From the NCBI RefSeq assembly GCF_000025685.1, contig NC_013964.1, positions 210,001 through 242,000 of the forward strand: 32,000 nt of DNA, given 5' to 3'. Numbering within the stretch: position 1 is the stretch's first letter; each line of letters begins with the position of its first letter. The position numbers and the translations under genes are program-made. Source of the stretch: Haloferax volcanii DS2 (GTDB taxonomy: Archaea; Halobacteriota; Halobacteria; Halobacteriales; Haloferacaceae). The notes below the pieces were generated by a model, which was not told the origin of the DNA, searched no databases, and worked only from the letters and a program-made list of their open reading frames with translations. Below, piece after piece: positions 1 to 8,688 of the stretch.

Positions 1-395
1 ACCTCGACGTCGGACCCGCCGCGCTCGCGGAGCGTCGAGACGGCGCGCCCGCCGTTCGTGGAGGTCATCGCGGTCGGTCGCCCGTCGAGGTCCAACTGCT
101 GGACGTAGCTCGGCGAGTTGAAGAAGTCGTAGCCGGGGTTCGGCTCGTAGTCGTCGGTCTTGCCGCCGCCGATGAGACTGTCGGGGTGGTCCTCTTGGTA
201 CGCCGGTTCGTCGCCGCGCTCGTCGGTCACGTGGACGTACTCCGCCCCGAGCGCGAGCAGTTCCGCGACGGTCGCCGAGAAGTGGGTCACGTCCACCACC
301 ACGTAGTCGCCCGGCGTCGGCTCCGCCGGGATGTTCTCACAGCCCTCTATCAACGTCTCTACGAACGGCTCTGTCTGTCGTCCATCTGCGGACAT
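1..395 (-). CDS. 2-phosphosulfolactate phosphatase (ComB) family protein, N-terminal part only (gene runs off the left edge)
   Basis: Open-ended minus-strand frame from ATG (complement of 393-395) to the window edge, so it is absent from the ORF track. My translation is MSADGRQTEPFVETLIEGCENIPAEPTPGDYVVVDVTHFSATVAELLALGAEYVHVTDERGDEP...MTSTNGGRAVSTLRERGG. It is acidic and GC3-rich, and resembles the ComB family (DVxxFSxT ... T(S)TNG). Family call is from memory. Confidence 0.55.
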   Translation of the reverse strand, partial: MSADGRQTEPFVETLIEGCENIPAEPTPGDYVVVDVTHFSATVAELLALGAEYVHVTDERGDEPAYQEDHPDSLIGGGKTDDYEPNPGYDFFNSPSYVQQLDLDGRPTAMTSTNGGRAVSTLRERGGSDVE

Positions 396-1073
396 AGCCC
401 AGGCTCTCGACAACACCCACAAGTCAGTTGCTAGTAGCGATATATATCCGACCGTACTATCCGTAGTTCGGACGCCGCGTTCGACGACGCCGGGATCGGG
501 AGAATACTCGGAAAGCAAACTATTTTCTACTAGATATTATGATAGTTCTCTCTCGCCGGTCGCGGTCCCGACCGCGGCTTGGAACGACGACGTTCTTCCG
601 ACGAATCGTCTGTCTCACTCCCTGTCGATTCGGGGGCGTACAGCGCCACACTCGGCGTTTCTTCGTTCGAGCGAGCCGAGCAGTCGGGAACGTCCCATCT
701 CGGTCGTGATTTGGACGCGTTCCCGAACTGTTGGATGCCCCGAAACGCACCCGCTCCACCGCGGAGCGTGCGACCGCGTTCACACCGCCACTAAGATATC
801 ACCGAAACACTCTAAATCGCCCGAATTTTACCTGTTCGTGGCAAACGACGCCGTCGTCGTGGGTGGGGCTATCGACGCGGGAGTCCCGTGGTCGGCTCCC
901 AGCCCGCCGGCGGTTTGCCCCGACTTCGGTCGCTTCGGCCACGAGACGGACAGACAAACTTATCAGTATAACTACTGTCTTACTGTTTGATTAGTGAGCT
1001 TCGAAAGCGTCCGTGGCCGCCGCGTCGTTGCCGCCGACAGCGTCTTCCACCGCCGGCCCAACGTCGATTCGAG

Positions 1074-1517
1074 ATGACTCTCGCCACCGAACGACTCCGC
1101 CGATTCAAGACGCCGCTCCGGTACGCGATGGGTTGCCTCTACGTCCTCGCCGGCGTGATGCACTTCGTCGTGCCGAACGCGTACGCGCAGGTCGTTCCGC
1201 CCGTCTTCCCGGCGGCGCTCGCGCTCGTCTACGTCTCCGGCGTCGTCGAAATCGCCCTCGGCGTCGGCGTCGGCGTCCGCCGCACTCAGCGCGTCGCCGC
1301 GTGGGGGCTCATCGCACTGCTGATTGCGGTCTTCCCCGCGAACGTCTACATGGCGACGAGCGACATCGTGCTCGACGGCGTTCCGGCGGCGTTTCGGGAG
1401 CCCTCGGACGCCGCGCTGTGGCTTCGCCTGCCGCTTCAGGGCGTACTCGTCGCGTGGGCGTGGTGGTACACTCGCCCCGAGTCCGTCGAGGCCGACGAGT
1501 CGCGTTCGGTGCGGTGA
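1074..1517 (+). CDS. DoxX-like (DoxX_2 type) integral membrane protein
   Basis: ORF-track frame 987..1517. I moved the start to the internal ATG at 1074 (MTLATERLRRFKTPLRY...) because the upstream residues are R/P-rich junk. It has four hydrophobic segments and an AVFPANVYMA motif typical of DoxX-like proteins. Confidence 0.6.
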   Translation: MTLATERLRRFKTPLRYAMGCLYVLAGVMHFVVPNAYAQVVPPVFPAALALVYVSGVVEIALGVGVGVRRTQRVAAWGLIALLIAVFPANVYMATSDIVLDGVPAAFREPSDAALWLRLPLQGVLVAWAWWYTRPESVEADESRSVR

Positions 1518-1614
1518 CTGTCTCCAAGCGAATTGGTGTGAATCACCACGCTGTCACGCGGTTTTTCGCGTCCAAACGGAACTGATTCAAGCGCGCCGGT
1601 GCGAGCCGTACCCG

Positions 1615-2589
1615 ATGACCGAAGATGACACTCACGACCGCGTCGTCCCCGGAAGCGACGAGGCCATCGACTCGGCCGACGTTCGGGGCTACGACTTCGA
1701 CGGCGCGTTCGACTTCGACGAGTTCCTCGACGCGTACGCGACGACCGGCTTTCAGGCGACGCAGCTCGCCGAAGCCATCGACATCGCGGAGGAGATGCAG
1801 GAGGCGGATGCGACCGTCTACCTGACGTTCACCTCGAACATCGTCTCGTCAGGCCTGCGCGAGGCCGTCGCCTACCTCGTCCGCGAGGGGTTCGTCGACG
1901 TGCTCATCACGACCTCTGGGTCGCTGACCGAGGACGTCATCAAGACCGCCAAGCCGTTCAAGATGGGCTCGTGGGACGCCGACGAGGGCGAACTCCGCGA
2001 GCGCGGCATCAACCGCCTCGGCAACATCTACGTCCCCTCCGACCGGTACGTCTGGCTCGAACAGTACCTCTACGACTTCTTCGAGGACTTCTTCGCGGAG
2101 GAGAAAGTGCGAACGCCGACGGCGTTCGCCCGCGAACTGGGCGCGACGCTCGACGACGAGCACTCGGTGTTGAAGCAGGCGGCCGACAACGACGTGCCGG
2201 TCTACTGCCCGGCGCTCACCGACGCCGAGGTCGGTAACTTCCTCTACTACTACCGGCAGGGCTACGACAAGGAGGTCGGCATCGAGATTCTCGACGACTA
2301 CGACTCGCTCATCCAGGACGGCCTCCTCGCGGACGAAACCGGTCTCATCGCCGTCGGCGGCGGCGTCCCCAAGCACCACGCCATCATGACGAACCTCTTC
2401 CGCGGCGGCGCGGACTACGTCGTCTACATCTCGACGGGGATGGAGGGCGACGGCTCGCTGTCGGGTGCGCCCCCGAACGAAGCCGTATCGTGGGGGAAAG
2501 TCAAGGACCACGACACGAACTACACGCAGGTCGAAGCCGAGGCGACGCTGGTCTTCCCGCTCCTCGTCGCCGGCGCGTTCAAGAACTAG
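1615..2589 (+). CDS. dys: deoxyhypusine synthase
   Basis: Frame of ORF 1324..2589. I moved the start to ATG 1615 (MTEDDTHDRVVPG...) because the upstream part is R/S/P-rich. Family hallmarks are TFTSNIVSSGLRE, GGGVPKHH and the catalytic-lysine motif EAVSWGKV near the C-terminus. Confidence 0.9.
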   Translation: MTEDDTHDRVVPGSDEAIDSADVRGYDFDGAFDFDEFLDAYATTGFQATQLAEAIDIAEEMQEADATVYLTFTSNIVSSGLREAVAYLVREGFVDVLITTSGSLTEDVIKTAKPFKMGSWDADEGELRERGINRLGNIYVPSDRYVWLEQYLYDFFEDFFAEEKVRTPTAFARELGATLDDEHSVLKQAADNDVPVYCPALTDAEVGNFLYYYRQGYDKEVGIEILDDYDSLIQDGLLADETGLIAVGGGVPKHHAIMTNLFRGGADYVVYISTGMEGDGSLSGAPPNEAVSWGKVKDHDTNYTQVEAEATLVFPLLVAGAFKN

Positions 2590-2650
2590 CGGGGCTACGC
2601 GCCCCGCCGAGCGATATTTATCCTCGTGAGCGAGTGGTTGCTCACCCAAC

Positions 2651-3388
2651 ATGAACGAAGACGACGCGGTCGGCGGCGAACTACGAACGGTCGGTATCCT
2701 CGGCGGCATGAGCAGTCAATCGACGGTCGAGTACTACCGGCTCATCGACGAGGGTATCAACGACGTGCATGGCGGCCACCACGCGGCGGAACTCCTGATT
2801 CGGAGCGTCGACTTCGGCACCGTCGAGCGCTACATTCGGACCGAGCGGTGGGACGACGCGGCTGACTATCTCGCAGCCGCCGCGACGGACCTCGAAGCCG
2901 GCGGCGCGGACTTCGTCGTCATGGCGACGAACACGATGCACAGGGTCGCACCGCGCATCGAAGCGGCGCTTTCGATTCCCTTCCTCCATATCGTCGACGC
3001 GGCCGCGGACGCGATTCTCGCCGACGGACTGGAGACCGTCGGCGTCCTTGGAACTCGGGCGACGATGGACGGCGCGTTTTACCGGGAGCGGTTCGAGGAA
3101 CACGGCATCGATGTCATCGTCCCCGAGGAGTCGCGTCGAGACGAAATCGACCGAATCGTCTTCGAGGAACTGACCAAGGGCGAGATTCGCGAGGCGTCCC
3201 GCGACTACTACCTGAAAGCCGTCGACCAGTTAGTCGAACGAGGTGCCGACGGAATTGTCCTCGGCTGCACGGAAATCGAACTCCTCGTCGAACAGGCCGA
3301 CCGGCCGGACGTTCCGCTGTTCGACACGACGGCGCTCCACGTCGAGCGGGCCGTCGAACGAAGCCTCGCGGGACGGGTAGACGGATAG
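2651..3388 (+). CDS. Asp/Glu racemase family protein (YgeA-type amino-acid racemase)
   Basis: 245-aa ORF with VGILGGMSSQSTVEYY, VVMATNTMH and VLGCTEIELL. The first catalytic position is Thr rather than Cys. As I recall, this matches the broad-specificity racemase YgeA. Confidence 0.85.
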   Translation: MNEDDAVGGELRTVGILGGMSSQSTVEYYRLIDEGINDVHGGHHAAELLIRSVDFGTVERYIRTERWDDAADYLAAAATDLEAGGADFVVMATNTMHRVAPRIEAALSIPFLHIVDAAADAILADGLETVGVLGTRATMDGAFYRERFEEHGIDVIVPEESRRDEIDRIVFEELTKGEIREASRDYYLKAVDQLVERGADGIVLGCTEIELLVEQADRPDVPLFDTTALHVERAVERSLAGRVDG

Positions 3389-3672
3389 CGGAGTTCGGTC
3401 GTCGGGATGTCAGTTCCCACCCTTCGCGAGCGACTTCGGGTCCGTGGCGTAACTAAGGAACCACCCACTCAGTGGGGAGTGACTCGCTTGAGCAGATAGT
3501 AATCCGATGGCCGAAAACGCCACGCGGCCGTTCGGCGGCCGCGACGCGGTCCTGAATCGGCGGTGACCACACCTCCTGTACAATTACACTTTACAAAATT
3601 AAACCACAATTGATTTTTGCGGCGGGCGGAGAATATCGAGGAGACAACGGTCGCTACCCACTCTCAGGAATC

Positions 3673-5244
3673 ATGAACGAAGCACGCCCTCTACGACGCC
3701 GTACCGTACTATCAGTACTCACAGCGGCGAGTCTCGGTGGTCTCGCCGGCTGTCTCGGAGGGGCCGACGACAGCGCCCCGGACGCGAGTGAGAACGAATC
3801 CACGACGTTCCGAGTGGGAACACAGTGGAACCCGGACTCGCTCGACCCCCTCGTCAAAGGGTGGGTGTTCAGGAAACTGAGCGTCATCGAGCCGCTGGTA
3901 ATCACGGACTACGATGCCTCGGTCGCGCCGGGCTTGGCGACCGATTGGAGCGCCACCGACGAGAGTCGACAGTGGGAGTTCACCCTCCGCGACGACGTGA
4001 CGTTCCACGACGGAACGCCACTTTCGGCCGCGTTGGCAGTCGAATCGCTCCGCCGGAGCTTCGCGTCTACGTCGCTTGCCGGCCTTCCCGTCGAGTCGGT
4101 TTCGGCCGCGGACGACCGGACCGTTCGCATCCGGACCGAACGTCCGTTCGCGCCGCTGCCGGCCCACCTCACCCGCGCCGAGACCAGTATCGTCTCGTCC
4201 GAATCGTACGACGACGACGGGGCGGTAACCGAGTTGATCGGGACCGGCCCGTTCAGGTTCGACTCGTGGGAGCCGGGCGAACGAATCACGGCTGTCGCGT
4301 TCGAGTCGTATCACGGAACGGTTCCGAGTATCGACGAACTCGTCTACGAGCGCGTCGCGGACGAACAGACCCGTCTCCTCAAACTCGAAAATGGGGAGTT
4401 GGACATGGCTCGTCAGCTCTCCACAGAAACGACGCCGGGTCTAGAAGCGCACGACCACTTGACGGCCTACGAGTACGAAGTGCCGAGAACTCGCTATCTC
4501 GTCTTCGACACGACCTCGACGCCGTTCGGGGACCGCGAGGTTCGCCGAGCGGCCATGTACGCCCTCGACCGGGCTGGCATCGTCGAGAGCGTGCTGAACG
4601 GCGGCGGGCCGGCCGCCGTCGGACCGTACCCGCCGGAGCTGACCGAATGGGCCAACGAGGACCTCGAGCCGTACGCGTACGACCCCGAGAAGGCCCGGGA
4701 ACTGCTCGAAGCGGCGGGGTGGAAGGCGACCGAAAGCGGCCGCGTCCGCGACGGGGAACCGCTGGAAATCGAACTGTGGACCTACGACGCGTGGTCGCTC
4801 CCAATCGTCGCGCAGGTCGTCCAAGAACAGCTCTCGGCGGTCGGCTTCGACGTCTCGCTGCGACAACTGGCGTACAGCACCATCCGGGAACGGGCGAATC
4901 GGGACTCGTTCGACGCCGTGCTGTGGTCGAACTCCCTTTTGTGGTACCCGGACCCGGACCGGCTCGCGGACTTCGTCCACTCGACGGAGGCAACGATGTT
5001 CAGCGGCTACGAGAACGAGCGGGTCGACCGACTGCTCGAAGCAGCCCGGACGACCACACACCGCGCCGAGCGGAAGCGCCGGTACGACGAGGTGCAGGCC
5101 ATCGCCCAGCGAGACGTTCCGATTGGCTGGGTAACACACGTCACGAACGTCGTGGGCACGAGCGCCGACGTCGAGGGCTACCGGCCGCTGCCGACGGAGA
5201 CGTGCTACCACCTCGAAGACGTGACGCACCAGTCGAGGGCATGA
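3673..5244 (+). CDS. ABC transporter substrate-binding lipoprotein, family 5 (DppA/OppA/NikA-like)
   Basis: Frame of ORF 3610..5244. Start placed at ATG 3673 (MNEARPLRRRTVLSVLTAASLGGLAGC), which gives a twin-arginine signal plus an LAGC lipobox. Length and layout fit peptide/nickel-type binding proteins. Confidence 0.85.
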   Translation: MNEARPLRRRTVLSVLTAASLGGLAGCLGGADDSAPDASENESTTFRVGTQWNPDSLDPLVKGWVFRKLSVIEPLVITDYDASVAPGLATDWSATDESRQWEFTLRDDVTFHDGTPLSAALAVESLRRSFASTSLAGLPVESVSAADDRTVRIRTERPFAPLPAHLTRAETSIVSSESYDDDGAVTELIGTGPFRFDSWEPGERITAVAFESYHGTVPSIDELVYERVADEQTRLLKLENGELDMARQLSTETTPGLEAHDHLTAYEYEVPRTRYLVFDTTSTPFGDREVRRAAMYALDRAGIVESVLNGGGPAAVGPYPPELTEWANEDLEPYAYDPEKARELLEAAGWKATESGRVRDGEPLEIELWTYDAWSLPIVAQVVQEQLSAVGFDVSLRQLAYSTIRERANRDSFDAVLWSNSLLWYPDPDRLADFVHSTEATMFSGYENERVDRLLEAARTTTHRAERKRRYDEVQAIAQRDVPIGWVTHVTNVVGTSADVEGYRPLPTETCYHLEDVTHQSRA

Positions 5245-5326
5245 CGGAGCGAGTGCCACCCACAGGACTGAGCGGCCACCGCAGCGGCCGCAGCGACCGC
5301 CGCGGTCAGAGCCGTCGGAGGCAGTC

Positions 5327-6271
5327 GTGAGCCGGCACCTGCTGCGTCGAGTCGGCGGGGCGGTGCTGGTGCTGTTCGGCGTGTCCGCCCTCACCTACGG
5401 CTTCGTCTTCCTCACGCCGGGGGACCCGGCGGTCGCCGCGCTCTCCCAGCAACTCGGCCACCAACCGTCGGCGGCGGCGGTCGAACAGTTCCGGGCGACT
5501 CACGGGCTGAACCGCCCGCTTCCGGTCCGGTACGCGGACTGGCTCAGCGAGGTCGCGCGCGGCGACTTCGGCACCTCGTACCAGTCGGGGCGGCCGGTGC
5601 GGTCGATGCTCGTTCAGCGCCTGCCCAACACGGTCGAACTGGCGGTCGCGTCGACGGTCGTCGCGGTCGCGGTCGCCGTCCCCGCGGGCGTGACGAGCGC
5701 CGTGCGGGCCGGTGGCTACGTCGACGACCTGACGCGGGTCGCGTCCCTCGTCGGCGTGTCGATGCCGAACTTCTGGCTCGGCTACTTGCTCATCATCGGC
5801 GGCGCGCTCCAACTGGGTCTGTTTCCGGTTTCGGGAGCGGGCGACATCTCGCACCTCGTGCTCCCGGCGGTGACGCTCGGCTCGGGGATGGCCGGCGTCA
5901 TCGCGCGGCTGGTTCGAACGTCAATACTCGACACGCTCGGGACGGAGTACGTCCGGACGGCCCGGTCGAAAGGGCTGCACGAGCGCGTCGTGGTGTACAA
6001 ACACGCGTTCCGGAACGCGCTCGTCCCCGTCGTGACGGTCATCGGGCTCCAGTTCGGCTACGTCCTGAACGGGGCGGTCGTCGTCGAAGCCGTCTTCCAG
6101 CGGCCGGGGTTGGGGACGCTCCTCGTCGACGCGGTGTTCGCGCGGGACTACCCCGTCGTGCAGGGCGTGACGCTCCTCGTCGGCGTCGCGTTCGTGAGCG
6201 TCAACCTCCTCGTCGACCTGACGTACCGCTATCTCGACCCGCGTATCGATATCGGAGGGACGCGGCCGTGA
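5327..6271 (+). CDS. ABC transporter permease (DppB/OppB-like)
   Basis: 314 aa with a GTG start. It has multiple TM segments, the conserved YVRTARSKGL permease loop, and a DLTYRYLDPRI C-terminus typical of DppB. Confidence 0.85.
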   Translation: MSRHLLRRVGGAVLVLFGVSALTYGFVFLTPGDPAVAALSQQLGHQPSAAAVEQFRATHGLNRPLPVRYADWLSEVARGDFGTSYQSGRPVRSMLVQRLPNTVELAVASTVVAVAVAVPAGVTSAVRAGGYVDDLTRVASLVGVSMPNFWLGYLLIIGGALQLGLFPVSGAGDISHLVLPAVTLGSGMAGVIARLVRTSILDTLGTEYVRTARSKGLHERVVVYKHAFRNALVPVVTVIGLQFGYVLNGAVVVEAVFQRPGLGTLLVDAVFARDYPVVQGVTLLVGVAFVSVNLLVDLTYRYLDPRIDIGGTRP

Positions 6272-7164
6272 ACGGGACCGACGAATCGGTCGCGTCGGAG
6301 GCGGAACGCGGGTGGCGACGGTGGTACGCCGCGCTCGCGACGAACCGCGCTGCGAGGGTGGGCGGCCTCATCGTCGTCGCACTGGTCGTCTTCACGGCGT
6401 TCGGCCCGCTCCTGTGGCCTCGTGATCCCGTCGAACAGCACCTCGTACACCGGCTCGAACCTCCTTCGCTCGCGCACCCGCTCGGGACCGACCGGCTCGG
6501 CCGCGACGTGCTCGCCCGACTGCTCCACGGTGCGCGCCTCTCGCTCGGCGTCGCCGTCGTCGTCACGGGGGTCCGTCTCGCGCTCGGGACGGCCGTCGGC
6601 CTCGTCGCCGGCTACGTCGGCGGCTGGGTCGACGCGGCGCTGATGCGACTCCTCGACACGCTGCTGTCGTTCCCGGGTATCGTCCTCGCCATCGTCGTCG
6701 CGGGTATCCGCGGCCCCAGCCTTCTCAACGCCATGGTCGCGCTCGCGGTCGTCGGCTGGGCCTCCTACGCCCGACTCGTTCGAAGCACCGTCCTCTCGGT
6801 GCGAGAGCGGGAGTTCGTCGCCGCGTCGCGGCTGCTCGGGTCCTCTCGGCTGCACGTGATTCGCCGGCACGTCCTTCCGAGCGTGGTCGGTCCGGTCGTC
6901 GTCCTCGCGACGCTCGACGTCGGCGGCGTGATTCTCGGTGCCGCCGGCCTGTCGTTTCTCGGTCTCGGTGTCCAACCCCCGACCCCGGAGTGGGGGGCGA
7001 TGCTCGCCGGCGGCCGGAACCACCTCCGCGACGCCTGGTGGCTGGTGAACGCTCCGGGCGGCATGATACTGCTCACCGCGCTGGGGTTCAACCTCCTCGG
7101 CGACGGACTTCGGGCGGCGCTCTCCGCGACAGAGTCCGACCGGGTAGAACGCGAACGCGCGTGA
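6268..7164 (+). CDS. ABC transporter permease (DppC/OppC-like)
   Basis: 298 aa. Its GTG start overlaps the upstream stop (GTGA at 6268-6271). HPLGTDRLGRDVLARL and FVAASRLLGSS motifs are typical of DppC. Confidence 0.85.
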   Translation: MNGTDESVASEAERGWRRWYAALATNRAARVGGLIVVALVVFTAFGPLLWPRDPVEQHLVHRLEPPSLAHPLGTDRLGRDVLARLLHGARLSLGVAVVVTGVRLALGTAVGLVAGYVGGWVDAALMRLLDTLLSFPGIVLAIVVAGIRGPSLLNAMVALAVVGWASYARLVRSTVLSVREREFVAASRLLGSSRLHVIRRHVLPSVVGPVVVLATLDVGGVILGAAGLSFLGLGVQPPTPEWGAMLAGGRNHLRDAWWLVNAPGGMILLTALGFNLLGDGLRAALSATESDRVERERA

Positions 7165-7200
7165 GACGCCCCTCACGGCGCTCGTCGTCGCGAACGATGA

Positions 7201-7237
7201 GGACGGAACGTTGATAGAGCTACGAACGTTCCCGTCC
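7201..7237 (+). terminator. stem-loop 37 nt downstream of the dppC-like stop
   Basis: GGACGGAACGTT (7201-7212) pairs with AACGTTCCCGTCC (7225-7237) with one bulge and a 12-nt loop. No T-run follows. Confidence 0.3.
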
Positions 7238-7272
7238 GCTCGTCAGGAACTCACCTGACCACGATACGACTG

Positions 7273-7292
7273 CGCGTTCCTCGTGGAACGCA
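7273..7292 (+). terminator. second short stem-loop in the dppC 3' flank
   Basis: TGCGTTCC-TCGT-GGAACGCA: an 8-bp stem with a 4-nt loop. Confidence 0.25.
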
Positions 7293-7537
7293 TGCCAACC
7301 GATGGCCGGGTGGAAAATGAAGTTATCTGAAAATAGAATTTGAGATGTCTAATCCAGGTGACGGCTCTCTATTCGAGCAACCTCGACTGGAGTGACCGCG
7401 ATCCGACCGACGGGGGGACTCGTGTTTCCCGCCGCCTATTGAGTGCCCGGTAGCTCTTTTGGGGTTGGCATAGCCCTGCAATCAGTACGGACAGCTCATA
7501 GTAACGGCCTTTATCACCCAGTCATGTTGACCGGGTG

Positions 7538-8686
7538 ATGGTATCAACCAGGAGAAGTTTCATCGGAGGTTCTGCCGCGGCGGTGGCGGGTCTCGCCGGC
7601 TGTCTGACGACGAGCAGTTCCGAGGGTGACGCCGACGCGACGGGGTCCGGTGGCGGCGACGCGGAAACGTACGAGGTCGGCTATCGGGACTTCCAGACGA
7701 ACATCGAGGCCACCGCGTTCCCCGATATGCTGTACTTCTACTGCGTCCAGTCCGGGTGGATGAACTGGCCGTCGCTGATGCAGTCGTTCGAGGACTCCTA
7801 CGGCGTGGCCGTCCACGACGACGACCGCTCGTCGGGCGAGGCGCTCCAGCACATGCGCTCGCACTCGAACAACGTGACCCACTCGGGGTACAACGGCGGC
7901 TACACCTACGGCATCGTCGCCCGGAACGAGGGCTTCACGCAGGCGTACAAGCCGCAGGGGTGGGACAAGGTGCCTGACTCGCTCAAGACCGACGACGGCC
8001 ACGTCACGGCGACCCGTCGAGTGACGACGGCCGTGACCTATCGGAAGGACATCTACGAGGAACGCGGCCTCGACGAGCCGACCACGTGGGAGGACCTGCT
8101 CCAGCCCGAACTCATGCAGGACCTCGCGCTCCAGACCCCGCAGGCGGCGGTCGGGCTCGCGGCGGCGCTGTCGATTAACAACGCCCGTGGCGGTAGCATG
8201 AACGACCTCCAGCCCGTCATCGACTACTACGAGCGGATTCAGGAGGGCGGCGCGGAGTTCACCGACAACTTCCTCGCGCAGTTCTCCCGCGGGGAGTACG
8301 CCACGTTCATCCGGTACGACTACTCCGGCCTCGACCTCAAGTACAACAACGACGAGGTCGCGGAAGAGAACGTCGGCGTCGCGCTCTTGGGCGGCGAAAA
8401 CGGGAACAAAGGCGCGCTCAACATGCCGTACGGCTACGCGCTCTTGGAGGGCGCGCCGAACCCGGCGGCCGGCAAACTGTTCATGGACTACGTCCTCTCG
8501 CTGGAGGGCCAACAGCAGTTCCTCGACGCCTACGTCAGGCCGATTCGCTCCTCGGAGCTGGAGCTTCCCGAGGAGTTCATCGACCCGGCAGAGTACGACC
8601 GGACGGAGTTCCAAGTCGACTACGGCCAGTTGGTCGACCAGCAGGAGGACATCATCCAAGAGATAACGCGCGGCGCGAACATCTGA
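7538..8686 (+). CDS. ABC transporter substrate-binding lipoprotein, family 1 (iron/thiamine/polyamine type)
   Basis: ORF 7535..8686. I prefer the ATG at 7538. STRRSFIGGSAAAVAGLAGC gives a Tat signal plus lipobox. It is followed by two permeases and an ATPase. A TTTATC TATA-like box lies at 7510-7515. Confidence 0.75.
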   Translation: MVSTRRSFIGGSAAAVAGLAGCLTTSSSEGDADATGSGGGDAETYEVGYRDFQTNIEATAFPDMLYFYCVQSGWMNWPSLMQSFEDSYGVAVHDDDRSSGEALQHMRSHSNNVTHSGYNGGYTYGIVARNEGFTQAYKPQGWDKVPDSLKTDDGHVTATRRVTTAVTYRKDIYEERGLDEPTTWEDLLQPELMQDLALQTPQAAVGLAAALSINNARGGSMNDLQPVIDYYERIQEGGAEFTDNFLAQFSRGEYATFIRYDYSGLDLKYNNDEVAEENVGVALLGGENGNKGALNMPYGYALLEGAPNPAAGKLFMDYVLSLEGQQQFLDAYVRPIRSSELELPEEFIDPAEYDRTEFQVDYGQLVDQQEDIIQEITRGANI

Positions 8687-8688
8687 GG

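Noticed and set aside
1324-1614. N-terminal extensions of track ORFs, for example 1324-1614 for dys, 8823-9623 for the second permease, 15362-15685 for the LolA-like gene, 23650-24630 for IclR and 13825-13944 for the wHTH
   Set aside because: The extended parts are R/S/P/T-rich, non-acidic, and overlap other genes or promoters. Internal starts give canonical N-termini (Tat signals and conserved family starts).
3409-3422. Exact 14-mer GTCAGTTCCCACCC shared by two 3' flanks (3409-3422 and 28015-28028), with loosely similar GCGAGCGAC / GCGGAGCCGAC after it
   Set aside because: Several exact 14-mer repeats are expected by chance in 64 kb of two-strand GC-biased sequence. The flanks align only with indels. 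The minus-strand reading (...GGN-stop) gives a possible 37-aa ORF at one site but only 9-13 codons at the other.
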